DNA of 64,000 nucleotides from Planctomycetota bacterium (GCA_045863855.1 BTVV01000015.1:16259-80258), one strand, 5' to 3'. Positions 16,891-27,358 are shown, counted from the stretch's first letter. Made by a program: numbers and translations. Notes: generated by a model from the sequence alone, not told the origin.

Positions 16891-18615
16891 ATGAAGCTGG
16901 AGTGGTTTCGCGACCACCAGAACAAGCTCTGGTATATCGTCGCGCCGTTGGTGATTCTGAGCATGGTGATCTTCATGCCTTCCGGGGCGGAGAACGCCAC
17001 GGGGAGCGTGGAAGGCCCGAACGGCTGGATGGTGGGGCTGGACGGGACGCGGCACGAGTACTCGCCGGTGAAGCTGCTGACGACGCGTCGGATCATCTCG
17101 CGCTTCGAAGAACGCGGCGAGGTGCCGACCGAGAGCGCGCTGCACCACCTGACGCATTTGCAGATCGCGACGGAGATGGGCTTCGAGGCGGGCCCCAAGG
17201 AAGTGGCCGATTCGATCCGCGATTTTCTGAAGAAGAAGACGCAGCGCGAACAGATCAACCCCGAGCTGTACGAGAACTTCCTCAAGCGCCACGAGCTGAC
17301 GCGTGAGCAGTTCGAAGGCTTCATGCGCGAGCGCGTGCTGATCGACAAGTATTTCCGGCTTTCGGTGCAGGTGGCGATTTCCGACCCGTTCCTGTACGTG
17401 CGCTATTGCTCGGAGAAGGAAAAGGTCCGGCTGCTTTTCAAGAGCATCCGCAGCATCGACAAGGCGGGCGCGGTCGAGAAGCCGACGGACGAGGACGTGA
17501 GCAAGTACTACGACGAGCAGAAGGGTCTGGAAGCGGGTTCGCCGGGGGCGCTGTACACCGAGTCCAAACTCGCCGCGGACGTGCTGTTCCTCGAAGCCAA
17601 GCAGGTGGACGAGCAGATCAAGCCGGACGACGCCGAACTGGAGAAGTACTACGAGAAATACCGCACCATCTTCTGGGCGGACGCGGAAAAGGGCGGTTTC
17701 AAGCCATTCGCGGACGTCAAGGCGGACGTGCTGGAGCGTTACCGGCGCGACAAGCGTTCGGCCAAGGCGAACGAGCTTTTCGAGAAGTGGACGAAGGAAC
17801 TCGACGCAGAGCTGGCGAAGGTGAAGCCGGAGGCGGGCGCGTTCGACTGGGCGGGCTTCGCGAAGGCGCGCAGCCTGTCCTACTGGCGCACCAAGCCGCA
17901 GACGCAGGAGGCCTACCGTTCGGGCAAGGACGACGTGAACGCGGAAGATTTCAAGCTGGCGCTGAACCTGTTCCGCCTGGCCGAGCCGGGTCCGGACGAG
18001 GAGATGGAAAAGCAGCGCGTGGAAGACCGCAAGAAGCTGCAGCCGCCGTTGCGCGTGCATCATTTCACCGACAAGGAAGGCTTCGCAGCGCTGCGTCTGG
18101 CGGATTTCCAGCCCAGCCGGGTGCAGACGCTGGACGAAGCCAAGGACGAGATCGTGAAGCGCCTGATCGTGAACCGCTCGATCGACAAGGCGGAGGAAGA
18201 GGCCAAGGCGCTGCAGCAGCAATGGGAGGCGGGAACGGATCTGCCCAAGCCGGAAGACCTGGAAGACGAGGTTTGCGGCCCGGATTCGACGAACACGCTG
18301 GCGCGCCGCTTCCGCGCGTCGCCGGTACCTGTGGGGACGATCCTGCCGGTGGACCAGGACAACGACGCCGAGGCGGCCAAGAACGATCCCAAGACGCGGC
18401 ACATGGTCTTCCGCGTGGGGTACGTGGCGGAACGCTTCGTGCCGACGCTGGAAGCCTTCGACCAGGACACGACCTACAACCGCAGCCAGCAGCGCCAGAA
18501 CATCGATTACTACCAGCGATACGCGCAGCTTGAGGCCGCCGAGAAGTACCTGTTGAAGCTCGGCAAGCCGGAGAGTTCCCGCGGCATCAAGGACCCGCCG
18601 TTGTCCGGGCATTAA
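16891..18615 (+). CDS. SurA/PpiD-like membrane-anchored periplasmic chaperone
   Basis: MKLEWFRDHQ plus TM anchor, SurA-N-like helical region, KPFADVKADV and TLDEAKDEIVKRL. Confidence 0.75.
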   Translation: MKLEWFRDHQNKLWYIVAPLVILSMVIFMPSGAENATGSVEGPNGWMVGLDGTRHEYSPVKLLTTRRIISRFEERGEVPTESALHHLTHLQIATEMGFEAGPKEVADSIRDFLKKKTQREQINPELYENFLKRHELTREQFEGFMRERVLIDKYFRLSVQVAISDPFLYVRYCSEKEKVRLLFKSIRSIDKAGAVEKPTDEDVSKYYDEQKGLEAGSPGALYTESKLAADVLFLEAKQVDEQIKPDDAELEKYYEKYRTIFWADAEKGGFKPFADVKADVLERYRRDKRSAKANELFEKWTKELDAELAKVKPEAGAFDWAGFAKARSLSYWRTKPQTQEAYRSGKDDVNAEDFKLALNLFRLAEPGPDEEMEKQRVEDRKKLQPPLRVHHFTDKEGFAALRLADFQPSRVQTLDEAKDEIVKRLIVNRSIDKAEEEAKALQQQWEAGTDLPKPEDLEDEVCGPDSTNTLARRFRASPVPVGTILPVDQDNDAEAAKNDPKTRHMVFRVGYVAERFVPTLEAFDQDTTYNRSQQRQNIDYYQRYAQLEAAEKYLLKLGKPESSRGIKDPPLSGH

Positions 18616-18645
18616 CGGAAGCCGGGCTCCGGGGAGCGCACTCCC

Positions 18646-20595
18646 GTGAGCGACCGTTATCAGAAGGTCTTCGAGCAGGCCGGCGCCGGCATGCTGATGC
18701 TGGATCTCGAAGGCCGCATCGTGGACTTCAATCCGGCGGCATCGCGCCTGATGGGCCGGGCGCGCGGTTCGATGCTGGACCGGTCTTTCGAAAGCTACCT
18801 TCAACCGCGCTACCGTCGCGTGTTCCGCGAGCGGCTGAAGCTGCTCGAACAGCTCGGCCATTTGCTCCTCGACGCGCGCCTGGGCGAAAGCGACGGTGCG
18901 GGTCCCGAGGTGGTGCTCGACGCGTCCCTGGTTCCATGGAAAGACGAACAGTCGGTACTGGTGGTGCTGCGCGAGCTGGCTCGGCTCGAACACCAGGACC
19001 ATGAAGCGCAATGGCTGCGGCGCGCGCTGGAAGCGCGTTCGGGGCGCGCGCGGCGCTGGGTTTACCGCGCGGACCGTGAAGGCCGGTTGCATCCGCTGGC
19101 CGGATCGGAGAGCGCGGTGCCCGCCTGGGCGGTGGCGCTGGCGGCCTTGCCCGAAGCGCGGCTTGCGCTGGAGCGCGCGCTGGAAGGAAAATCGGCCGAA
19201 GCGCCGGCGCGCTGGTGGCACGCCGACGAGCAGGAGGCCGCGCGCCCGGAACGCTGGATCGCGCTGGCCTTCTGGCCGGTGGCCGGCGAGCACGGCGTCG
19301 TCGACGACGTGCTGGCGGTGGCCGAAGACCGCACCTTCGCCCGCCTGGCCGACGAAGAAGGCCGTCGGCAGCAGTTGCGCGGCGCGGTGGCGCTCTTCAA
19401 CGTGACGCTGGTCAACGAATTCAACAACTACCTCGGCGCGATCATGGCGCAGGCGTCGGTGCTGCGGCTCTCGGCGACCGGCGGGCGTCTGGCGCCTCCG
19501 GCGGTGGGCGCGATCCTGGATGCGGCGGAGGAAGCGGCGGCGCTGCTGCGGCGTTGCGCCGAAGTCGGTCATCCGGGCAGCGCGGAGTCGCAGACGGTGG
19601 ACCTCAACGCCGTCGCGGCCGACGCGGTGACGCTGCTGCGGCACCAGATGGGCGGGCGGATGGAGATTCGGCTCGATGCGTCCGTGCCGGCGCCGCCGGT
19701 GCGCGGTGACGCGGGGCTGCTGGGCGCGATGATCCTGGCGCTGGGCCGGATGGCGTCGTTCGCGATGCCGGCCGGGGGCACGCTGCAGGTGCGGACGTAT
19801 GCGGTCGAATCGAGCAGCCCCGCCGCTCCGCCGTGCGCGGGCCTGGAAATCGCCGACAGCGGGGTGGGGTTGGACCCGGTGGTGCGGGCGGAGGCGCAGA
19901 AGGGGCTGGTGCCGTCACCCGCCGCGGGGCTGGGCGATCCGCTCGATCTGGCGATCGCGCGGGCGGTGATCCGGCGGCACCGCGGGCAGTACGAACTCGA
20001 TAGCGTGCCCGGCCGCGGGACGACGTGGCGGATCGTCTTGCCGGGCGAAGAAGCGCGGCCGTTCCAGTCCGCGCCGCTGCCGGCCGCGCGCTTGCCCGCC
20101 GACAGCGGCGACGCGGAGCGGCCGCTGCCGCCGGCGTCCCGCCCGGTTTCGGAAGGCGAGCCATCGGAGTTGCCCGCGGTGCGCGCGTCGGCCGGCGAAG
20201 AGAGCAGCGACGGGACGTGGGTGCTGCTGGCCGACGACGAAGAGATTTTCCGCGACTTCGTGCGCCAGGTGTTGCAGCAGAACGGATACGACGTGGCGAT
20301 GGCGTCGGACGGGCGGGAGGCGGCGGAGTTGTTCCAGGAGGCTCCGGAGCGTTACGCGCTGGCGGTGCTGGACGCGTACATGCCGCGGATGGGCGGCCTG
20401 GAGGCGTACCTGCGCATGCAGGCGCTGCGCCCCGAATTGCCGGTGCTTTTCGTCAGCGGTTTCGTGCGCGGCCCTTCGCGGCAGGCGCTGCTGGCTTCGT
20501 GCCCGGGCCGCGCGGAGGTGATCTTGAAACCGTTTAGCGAGGATCGACTGCTGGACGCGGTGGAGCATATATTGCGTAAGAAGCCGAAGGGATGA
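18646..20595 (+). CDS. PAS-hybrid histidine kinase-like protein (degenerate kinase core) with receiver domain
   Basis: PAS (DLEGRIVDFNPAA), HisKA-like NEFNNYL, IADSGVG; REC with LADDE, LDAYMP, SG and KPF. Confidence 0.85.
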   Translation: MSDRYQKVFEQAGAGMLMLDLEGRIVDFNPAASRLMGRARGSMLDRSFESYLQPRYRRVFRERLKLLEQLGHLLLDARLGESDGAGPEVVLDASLVPWKDEQSVLVVLRELARLEHQDHEAQWLRRALEARSGRARRWVYRADREGRLHPLAGSESAVPAWAVALAALPEARLALERALEGKSAEAPARWWHADEQEAARPERWIALAFWPVAGEHGVVDDVLAVAEDRTFARLADEEGRRQQLRGAVALFNVTLVNEFNNYLGAIMAQASVLRLSATGGRLAPPAVGAILDAAEEAAALLRRCAEVGHPGSAESQTVDLNAVAADAVTLLRHQMGGRMEIRLDASVPAPPVRGDAGLLGAMILALGRMASFAMPAGGTLQVRTYAVESSSPAAPPCAGLEIADSGVGLDPVVRAEAQKGLVPSPAAGLGDPLDLAIARAVIRRHRGQYELDSVPGRGTTWRIVLPGEEARPFQSAPLPAARLPADSGDAERPLPPASRPVSEGEPSELPAVRASAGEESSDGTWVLLADDEEIFRDFVRQVLQQNGYDVAMASDGREAAELFQEAPERYALAVLDAYMPRMGGLEAYLRMQALRPELPVLFVSGFVRGPSRQALLASCPGRAEVILKPFSEDRLLDAVEHILRKKPKG

Positions 20596-20638
20596 GGTAT
20601 TAGTGGCAAACGGCAGACATCAAGCGGCGGACGTCGGA

Positions 20639-21157
20639 TTAGCGGTTGGGTTCGGTGTAGCGGCGCAGGAACTGTTTGTAGACGGGCGCGGGGAGGTAGC
20701 GCTTGACGACGCTTTCCCATCCGGCGGGTCCGACGAGTCCTTTGACGAAGCTGGAGGAGATTTCGGCGAGTTCGCGGGGCGGCATCAGGAAGACGGTGGT
20801 GAGTGCGGGCGCGAGGTCGTGGTTGACGTGGCGCATGGTCCGTTCGTATTCGAAGTCTCCGGCGCTGCGGATGCCGCGGACGATGTACTGCGCGCCTGCT
20901 TCGCGGGCGAAGTCCACGAGAAAGCGCCGTTCGAAGGTCTCGACGCTTACGTTTTTCAATCCGGCGGTGCAGCGCCGCAGGGCGGCGCGGCGTTCGTCGA
21001 GAGTGAAGGCGTAGCGCTTGGCGGGGTTGTCGCCGATGGCGACGAGGAGGCGGTCGAAGAGCCGCGCGCCCTCGCGGATCATGTAGAGGTGTCCGAGCGT
21101 GGCCGGATCGAAGGATCCTGCGTACACGGCCACGCGCCGGGCGGATTTGTCGGGCAT
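20639..21157 (-). CDS. coaD: pantetheine-phosphate adenylyltransferase
   Basis: YAGSFDPATLGH, IVRGIRSAGDFEYE, ISSSFVK. Confidence 0.96.
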   Translation of the reverse strand: MPDKSARRVAVYAGSFDPATLGHLYMIREGARLFDRLLVAIGDNPAKRYAFTLDERRAALRRCTAGLKNVSVETFERRFLVDFAREAGAQYIVRGIRSAGDFEYERTMRHVNHDLAPALTTVFLMPPRELAEISSSFVKGLVGPAGWESVVKRYLPAPVYKQFLRRYTEPNR

Positions 21158-21161
21158 GCGA

Positions 21162-21515
21162 TCAGAACGCCGCCAGCGCGTCCTTCTGTCCGTCGACGAC
21201 CTGGAAGATCTGGGTCAGTCCGAGCAAGTCGAAGACCTCGCGGACGTTGCTGGTCGGGCTCATCAGTACGATGTTGCCGTTGTGTTCCTGCGCTTCGGAG
21301 AGCGCGCCGATAAAGACGCCCGCGCCAGCGGAGGAGATGTACTCGACCTTGGACAGATCGACCACGAGCTTGTAGTGGTTCTGCCCGAACAATTCCGAGA
21401 TGGTTTCTTCGAGCTGCTCGAAGGTGTGCGCATCCAGGTAGCCAGCGACCCGAATAATGGTGACGTCGGGTTGCTTCAGCGTCTCGGTCTCAATGGTAAA
21501 TTCGTCTAGCGCCAT
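21162..21515 (-). CDS. STAS anti-sigma-factor antagonist (RsbV/SpoIIAA-like)
   Basis: GYLDA, VVDLSKVEYISSAG, VFDLLGL. Confidence 0.92.
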   Translation of the reverse strand: MALDEFTIETETLKQPDVTIIRVAGYLDAHTFEQLEETISELFGQNHYKLVVDLSKVEYISSAGAGVFIGALSEAQEHNGNIVLMSPTSNVREVFDLLGLTQIFQVVDGQKDALAAF

Positions 21516-21518
21516 CGC

Positions 21519-22013
21519 TTAGGGACTCCTTTTGGCCGGACGCCTGGGTTTTGTGCTTTTAGCTTTGCCTTGCGAATTGTCAACGAACTTGACCAGCCGC
21601 AGCTCGTTGGGAGCGCCGGCTTGGAACGAATAGGTGACCTCGTCCATGATCCTGCGGATGAGGAAGATGCCGAGGCCGCCTTTGCGCCCGTGGCGGACGT
21701 GTTCCTGCAAATCGACGTCGGGCACGGTGCCGGGGTCGAAGGGCCGGCCGTGGTCGTGTATGCGGACCGTGAAGCTGTCTTCGGCGACGTTCATCAGCAC
21801 CTTGATCGGCTTCGCTCCGGATAGCTCTTCTTCGTACGCGTGTTCCATCACGTTGGCGACGGCTTCGTCGACGGCCAAGGCCACGAGCTGCGCCTCGGCC
21901 GGCTTGAAGGGGCCGTCGCCCAGCACTTCGAGGACGGCCTTGCGGACCTCGGCCAGGTAGGCCGTGTCGTTCAGGACCGTCAGTTCTCTTTCTGCCGGCT
22001 TGCCCATGCTCAC
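21519..22013 (-). CDS. anti-sigma factor Ser/Thr kinase (RsbW-like HATPase)
   Basis: LAVDEAVANVMEHAY, DHGRPFDP, GGLGIFLIRRIMDEV. Confidence 0.92.
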   Translation of the reverse strand: MSMGKPAERELTVLNDTAYLAEVRKAVLEVLGDGPFKPAEAQLVALAVDEAVANVMEHAYEEELSGAKPIKVLMNVAEDSFTVRIHDHGRPFDPGTVPDVDLQEHVRHGRKGGLGIFLIRRIMDEVTYSFQAGAPNELRLVKFVDNSQGKAKSTKPRRPAKRSP

Positions 22014-22014
22014 C

Positions 22015-23994
22015 CTACACGATTCGGAACGTCGTCACGGTGATGTCGTCGTGCTGCTCGGCGGAACCCTGGTGATGTTCCAGGGTCTGAACCAGCAGCC
22101 GCACGAATTCCTTGCTGCTCAGGTTCGCGTACTCCTTGCAGAATCGAACCAGGTTTTCATCGCCCCACTCTTCGCGATTCGGGTTCATCGACTCGGGAAT
22201 TCCGTCGGTGTACATGACCACCCGGTCGCCCTTGAACAACTTTACCTGTTTCTCACGAATTGTCCGGTCGAAGATTGGACCTTTATCGAACCCCAAGGCG
22301 ATGCCGTTGGGCCGGATCAGTTCGCACTCGTTGGTCTGGGCGCGGTAGATGATCATGGGGTTATGGCCGGCGCTGGCGATGGTCATGTCCCGGGTGCGGA
22401 CGTTTAGGATCGCATACTGGCAAGTGACGAACATGCCGCGCTTGATCTCGCGCGCGACGTGGTAATTGGTCTTGCTCATGACGTCGGCGGGGCTGGCGTT
22501 CATCGGGGCCATCATGCGCAGGATGGTTCGCGTCCAGCTCATGACCATGCTGCCGGGGATGCTCTTGCCCGAGACGTCGGCGATGACCATGGCCAGGTGT
22601 TCCTGGTCGATGGGTATGAAGTCGTAGTAGTCGCCGCCGACTTCCTTGGCGCAGTAGTAGCCGGTGAAGATGTCGTAGCCGGGCAGGTTCGGGAGTTTTT
22701 TGGGCATCAACTGCGCGTGGATTTCCTTGGCCAAGTCGAGTTCGCTGTTGAGGCGTTCGACCTCGCGTTCCTGCTGGCGGGCGTCCTTGAGGCTCTGCGT
22801 CATGCGGTTGAACGCCATGGCGAGGAGGCCGATCTCGTCGTTGGTTTGCGGCCGCGTCTCGTGTTCGAGGTCGCCGCGCGCGACGATGTCCATGTCCCGC
22901 ACCAGGACGTTGATGGGGCTCGTCACGGCGCTGGCCAGTCCCAGCGAGAGGGCGATGCCGGCGCCGACGAAGACGAGCCCGAAGAGGGCGATCTTGGTGA
23001 GGAGGCGGCTGACTTCCATCTGCACCTGCTCCTCGGAGAGGATCAGGTTGGCGGTGGCGTAGAGCTGCTTGCCTTTGCCTTCGATGGATGCGCGGAAAAA
23101 GATGGAGCGCTGGTTGTTGTAGCGGCCCTGGTAGGCGACGATCTCCGAATCGGCTCCGCCCTCGATCGGGATATCGAGGCGGTATTCGTCGGCGTACGGG
23201 GAGAAGCTTTCCGCGCTGCGCGCGATGACGACGCGGCCGCGCGGTTCGGCCAGCGGTTCGCGGCTGGCGAAGATCGCGATGTCCTGCACGCGCGGATCGC
23301 CTTCCACGATTTTTTGCAGCAGCAACTGGTCGGACTGGCCTTCCGCGGTCTCGTGGAAATACTTCGCCGTGCGCGATTTATCCTCGTCCTTGTCGAACTG
23401 GACGAAGCGGTCGTACACGCGCCGCCCGAAGGCGCGCAGGGTGAGCGCCTGCTGGTACCCCGAGCGCAGGATGTCGTCGCGCAGCTTCTCCTGGAAAATG
23501 CGGATCACCACCAGCCCGAAGAGGGCCGAGATCAGGATGATCAGGAGGGAGATGAAGAGGCTGAATTTTACGGCGAGCGAGAGCCCCCGGCGGTGCAGGC
23601 GGCCGATTTCGGCGCCGGGCTGTCGAGAAGGCTTCTCGACGCTGCCGCTGCCGCGCCCGGGCCGGTTGCGCCCCGAATGTCCAGAGGAGCGCCGCGTTCC
23701 GGAGGAGCGGCGCTTGCTTTCTTCGGCCGGCGATCCGGGCACGTCGTCGAGGTTTTCGGCGGTGATGACTTCTTCGGTTTCGTCCAGTCCGGCCACGGCG
23801 TCTTCGGCCAACTCCGTCTCTTGAGCGCCGTCGTCGTGCAGGAGCGCTTCGTCTTCGGCGGCGGGCGGCGCTTGCTGCGCACGGGCGCTCGGGCGGCGGG
23901 GCGGGGCGTTCCGCCCTCCGCTCTTGCTCTCGCGCGGTGGTCTGCGTCGCGTGGCCACGGCATTCCTCGGTGCACTCATCCGCGTCTGGCGCAC
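22015..23994 (-). CDS. membrane HAMP-SpoIIE (PP2C) phosphatase (RsbU-like)
   Basis: 2 TM plus HAMP (NDEIGLLAMAFNRM), VGGDYYD, ADVSGK, YTDG, DDIT; long disordered N-terminus. Confidence 0.92.
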   Translation of the reverse strand: MRQTRMSAPRNAVATRRRPPRESKSGGRNAPPRRPSARAQQAPPAAEDEALLHDDGAQETELAEDAVAGLDETEEVITAENLDDVPGSPAEESKRRSSGTRRSSGHSGRNRPGRGSGSVEKPSRQPGAEIGRLHRRGLSLAVKFSLFISLLIILISALFGLVVIRIFQEKLRDDILRSGYQQALTLRAFGRRVYDRFVQFDKDEDKSRTAKYFHETAEGQSDQLLLQKIVEGDPRVQDIAIFASREPLAEPRGRVVIARSAESFSPYADEYRLDIPIEGGADSEIVAYQGRYNNQRSIFFRASIEGKGKQLYATANLILSEEQVQMEVSRLLTKIALFGLVFVGAGIALSLGLASAVTSPINVLVRDMDIVARGDLEHETRPQTNDEIGLLAMAFNRMTQSLKDARQQEREVERLNSELDLAKEIHAQLMPKKLPNLPGYDIFTGYYCAKEVGGDYYDFIPIDQEHLAMVIADVSGKSIPGSMVMSWTRTILRMMAPMNASPADVMSKTNYHVAREIKRGMFVTCQYAILNVRTRDMTIASAGHNPMIIYRAQTNECELIRPNGIALGFDKGPIFDRTIREKQVKLFKGDRVVMYTDGIPESMNPNREEWGDENLVRFCKEYANLSSKEFVRLLVQTLEHHQGSAEQHDDITVTTFRIV

Positions 23995-24117
23995 GACGTG
24001 CCCAGAAACGCAGGGGAGTTATCCCTTCCGCCTATCCCTTTGTGCAAGCACAGAATACATGAGCCGAGCGCACCTAGGGCTCAAGCGAGCCCCGCAAGCG
24101 CTTCCAGGCCGAATGCC

Positions 24118-25479
24118 TTAGTTCGCCGAGCCCGCCGCGAGCCGCCCGGAAGGCTGCGGGGATCGCGCATCGTCCGCCTGGGGCTCCGGCAAGGCCGACT
24201 GGCCGCGGTTGCCTCCCGGCGGAGCTAGGACGACGCGGTTGCGCCCGCCGTCCTTGGCCTTGTACAGCGCCGCGTCGGCTAACTGAATCAGTTCGTACTT
24301 GTTGTCCGCGTCGTCGGGGTAACAGGCGACGCCGAAGCTGGCGGTGATTTTCAGGACTTCCCCGCTGGGTGCGCGCAGGGCGATGCGTTCGACGGCCCTG
24401 CGCAGGCGCTCGGCCACGTCCTTGACGCGTTGGCGGTCGATCTCGGCCAGGACGATCGCGAATTCCTCGCCGCCGTAGCGGGCCACCATGTCCACCGCGC
24501 GGACCTGGCTGACCATGGAGCGGGCCATTTCCTGGAGCACGCGGTCGCCGGTCTGGTGCCCGTGGGTGTCGTTGAAGCCCTTGAAGTGGTCGATGTCGAG
24601 CATGACCAATCCCAGGCTGCGGTGATCGTCGCGCTTCACGCGCGCGATCTCCTGCGACAGGCGCGCGTCGAAGTGCCCGCGCGAGGCGACACCGGTGAGG
24701 TCGTCGATGATGCTGCGCCGATAGAGCGCTTCGTTACGCAGGCAGATGGCGAGCATCTTGCCGAGCGAGTAGAGGAACTCCATATCGGGCCCGGAGTAAG
24801 CCTTGCCCGCCAGCCGTCCGCCCAAGAGGAGGAAGCCTTCCAGCACCGTGGCCGGGGATTCGACTTCCTGGATCAGCGGAACGGCGACCTCCATGCCCAG
24901 TTCGCGCAGGGCCATCAGTTCGGGGAGTTCCTGGAACGAGGCCGGCAGGGTACTCAACGCAAGGCAGGAGCGCCGGGCCAGCGCTTCTTCGCACAGCGGC
25001 GAATGGGACGGCAGGCGCGCGCGGACTTCGCGCAAGCCTTGAGCGGCCGAACAACACAACGCCGCGTCGTCTTCGGCGAGTTGGCGCACGATCATCAGGC
25101 GCGGCGTCGTAAAGTGCCCTGAAACGGTGCGCAGGAGGTACGTCTGCATGCTGACGAGGTCGAGCGAGCGTGCGCTGGTCTGCCCGATGATCTCGAAGAG
25201 CGTCGAAAAGTCGTGCTCCTGCTTGCGCAGAACGCGGCGCAGAATCTGATTTTCTTCGACCGGATCGCCTTTGCCGGGTTCGGCCAAGTCGATGGCGCGG
25301 AAAAATCCGGAGCTTCCCGGCCGCCGCGCCGCCGCGCGTGAAGCCGGCTTGGGGCCGCCTTCGAGGCTGGCGTCCATCGGCATCGGGGTCTGCGGTGCGC
25401 TATCGGACACGCCGAGCTTTCCTCCCTTGCCCGAGGCGACGAAATAGGCTTCGCCAAGACACTCTAAAAGAACATGCAC
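24118..25479 (-). CDS. GAF-like + GGDEF diguanylate cyclase
   Basis: DDLTG, LDIDHFKGFNDTHGH, RAVD I-site, RYGGEEF, ADAALYKAK; start uncertain. Confidence 0.92.
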   Translation of the reverse strand: MHVLLECLGEAYFVASGKGGKLGVSDSAPQTPMPMDASLEGGPKPASRAAARRPGSSGFFRAIDLAEPGKGDPVEENQILRRVLRKQEHDFSTLFEIIGQTSARSLDLVSMQTYLLRTVSGHFTTPRLMIVRQLAEDDAALCCSAAQGLREVRARLPSHSPLCEEALARRSCLALSTLPASFQELPELMALRELGMEVAVPLIQEVESPATVLEGFLLLGGRLAGKAYSGPDMEFLYSLGKMLAICLRNEALYRRSIIDDLTGVASRGHFDARLSQEIARVKRDDHRSLGLVMLDIDHFKGFNDTHGHQTGDRVLQEMARSMVSQVRAVDMVARYGGEEFAIVLAEIDRQRVKDVAERLRRAVERIALRAPSGEVLKITASFGVACYPDDADNKYELIQLADAALYKAKDGGRNRVVLAPPGGNRGQSALPEPQADDARSPQPSGRLAAGSAN

Positions 25480-25788
25480 CTAGTGTCCGTGCGCGGCATC
25501 CATAACTTAGTCGAATGAGCGGCAGTATAGCCACCCCTCTTACATCTGCAAGCCATGGTGAGAGAAACGAGGATGGATTAACTCAAATCCAGCATTCGTA
25601 ACGCTCATGAGCACTGCTTTGGACCTACGCAGAACCACGATATGAAATGTAATGCACAATGTGTGTTTTGTCAATCGCATATTTCGACTTTGGTTCTTAA
25701 GCGGATACCTATTCTATGCTTAAGGTGATTCGAAAAATGGGGCGGGGCGGCAGGGACATGCATTCCACACGTGCATCGCGCGGCTCGT

Positions 25789-27237
25789 TTACGCCAGCGG
25801 CTGCGCCACTAGGTCGTAGTCCAGCGCTTTGGTGATGTGGGCTTGGATCAGCGTTCCGGGTTCGAGACCGCGCGCGGCTTTGCCGCTGAGGTAGACCAGG
25901 CCGTCGACTTCCCAAGCTTCGAGTTGCGTGCGGCCGGCCGCGTGCGCGCCTTTGGGCGCGTCGGCGCCGGCGGGCAGCGCACCGTCGACGAGCACGTCCA
26001 CCGTCTGTCCGACGCGAGCCTGGAGGCGTTTCCGCGAGACCTCAAGTTGTGCGAGCATCAGCGCTTCGCGGCGGCGGAGCTTTTCATCCAGCGGCACGGT
26101 CTCGGGTTCGCGCGCGGCGGGCGTGAGCGGCTCGTTGGAGTACAGGAAGACGCCGGCGTGGGTGAAGCGTCCGGATTCGACGAGTTCCAGGACTTCGAGG
26201 AAGTCGGCCTCGGACTCGCCCGGATACCCGACGATGAAGGTCGTGCGGATGGCCGCGCCCTTCAGCTTGGCAGCGATGAGATCGAGGAGTTGGAGGGTCT
26301 CGTCCTTGGTCACCATCCGCGCCATGGCTTTGAGCATGCGGTCGCTGATGTGCTGGAGCGGGATATCGATGTACGGGCAGAAGCGCGGATCGGAAGCCAG
26401 GACGTCCAGCATGGCGGCGTTGAGGTAGCGCGGGTAGGCGTACATCAGGCGGAACCAGCGCGGGCCGGCGACGGTCTTGAGCGCCTCCAGCAACTGGGGC
26501 AGGCGGTACTCGCCGTAGAGGTCTTTGCCGTAGCTGGACGTATCCTGCGCGATCAGGCTGATTTCCTGGGCGCCGCCTTCGGCGAGGCGCTGCGCTTCTT
26601 CGACCAGTTCCTCGACCGGCCGGCTGGCCTGGAGGCCGCGCATGCGCGGAATGCTGCAGAAGCGGCACGGGTTGCTGCACCCTTCGCTGATCTTCAGGTA
26701 CGCGTGATGCTGCGCGCCGATGCGCATGCGCGGCGCGACGAGGAAATCGTTGTAGCTCTTGGGGACCTTCTTTTTTGCGGCGCTGACCGCGGGGCCTTCG
26801 GCGTAGCTGCGGACCGCCTGCGCGTAGCGCTCGCTGCCGCCCTTGGCCTCGACGAGTTCCTTCACGATCTTGGGCAGGGTGGGGTAGTCCTTGAAGCCCA
26901 AGCGGGCGTCGGCGTGGCTCAGGAAGCGGCTCAGTTCCGAGGCATCGGCCGCGCGTTCGACCAGACAACCCAAAGCGACGACGGTGCGCAACTTGCCGCC
27001 CGCTTTGAGGCCGTTGAGTTCTTTCAGGACCGCCGCCGTTTCCTGCCGCGCTTCGTCGATGAAGCCGCAGGTGTTAACCAGGCACAGGTCGGCGATGGCC
27101 GGGTCCTGGGCGATCAGGAACCCTTCTTCGGCCAGCGCGCCGAGGATGCGTTCGCTGTCGACGAGGTTCTTCGCGCATCCCAGGTTGACCAGGCTGACGA
27201 TGGGCGGTTCGGTTTCGGCGGGCTTGCGGCGTTTCAT
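25789..27237 (-). CDS. rimO: ribosomal protein S12 methylthiotransferase RimO
   Basis: LGCAKNLVDSE, NTCGFI, YLKISEGCSNPCRFCSIP, RLMYAYP, TRAM C-terminus (EVDG). Confidence 0.93.
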   Translation of the reverse strand: MKRRKPAETEPPIVSLVNLGCAKNLVDSERILGALAEEGFLIAQDPAIADLCLVNTCGFIDEARQETAAVLKELNGLKAGGKLRTVVALGCLVERAADASELSRFLSHADARLGFKDYPTLPKIVKELVEAKGGSERYAQAVRSYAEGPAVSAAKKKVPKSYNDFLVAPRMRIGAQHHAYLKISEGCSNPCRFCSIPRMRGLQASRPVEELVEEAQRLAEGGAQEISLIAQDTSSYGKDLYGEYRLPQLLEALKTVAGPRWFRLMYAYPRYLNAAMLDVLASDPRFCPYIDIPLQHISDRMLKAMARMVTKDETLQLLDLIAAKLKGAAIRTTFIVGYPGESEADFLEVLELVESGRFTHAGVFLYSNEPLTPAAREPETVPLDEKLRRREALMLAQLEVSRKRLQARVGQTVDVLVDGALPAGADAPKGAHAAGRTQLEAWEVDGLVYLSGKAARGLEPGTLIQAHITKALDYDLVAQPLA

Positions 27238-27358
27238 GGGGCCGACTCTAATCCATGCGCGCGTGCATTTCCAATGGGCGCGCGGAGGTGGCGATCGGAC
27301 GTGTTCGATCGGGGCGTCCGGGGTATTCTTTCCGGCATCCCGAATCGGAGAGCGTTGC

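Noticed and set aside
25480..25788. c-di-GMP riboswitch upstream of the DGC
   Set aside because: AT-rich, promoter-like DNA only; no GGCAAAC/GACGCAAAG-type motif seen.
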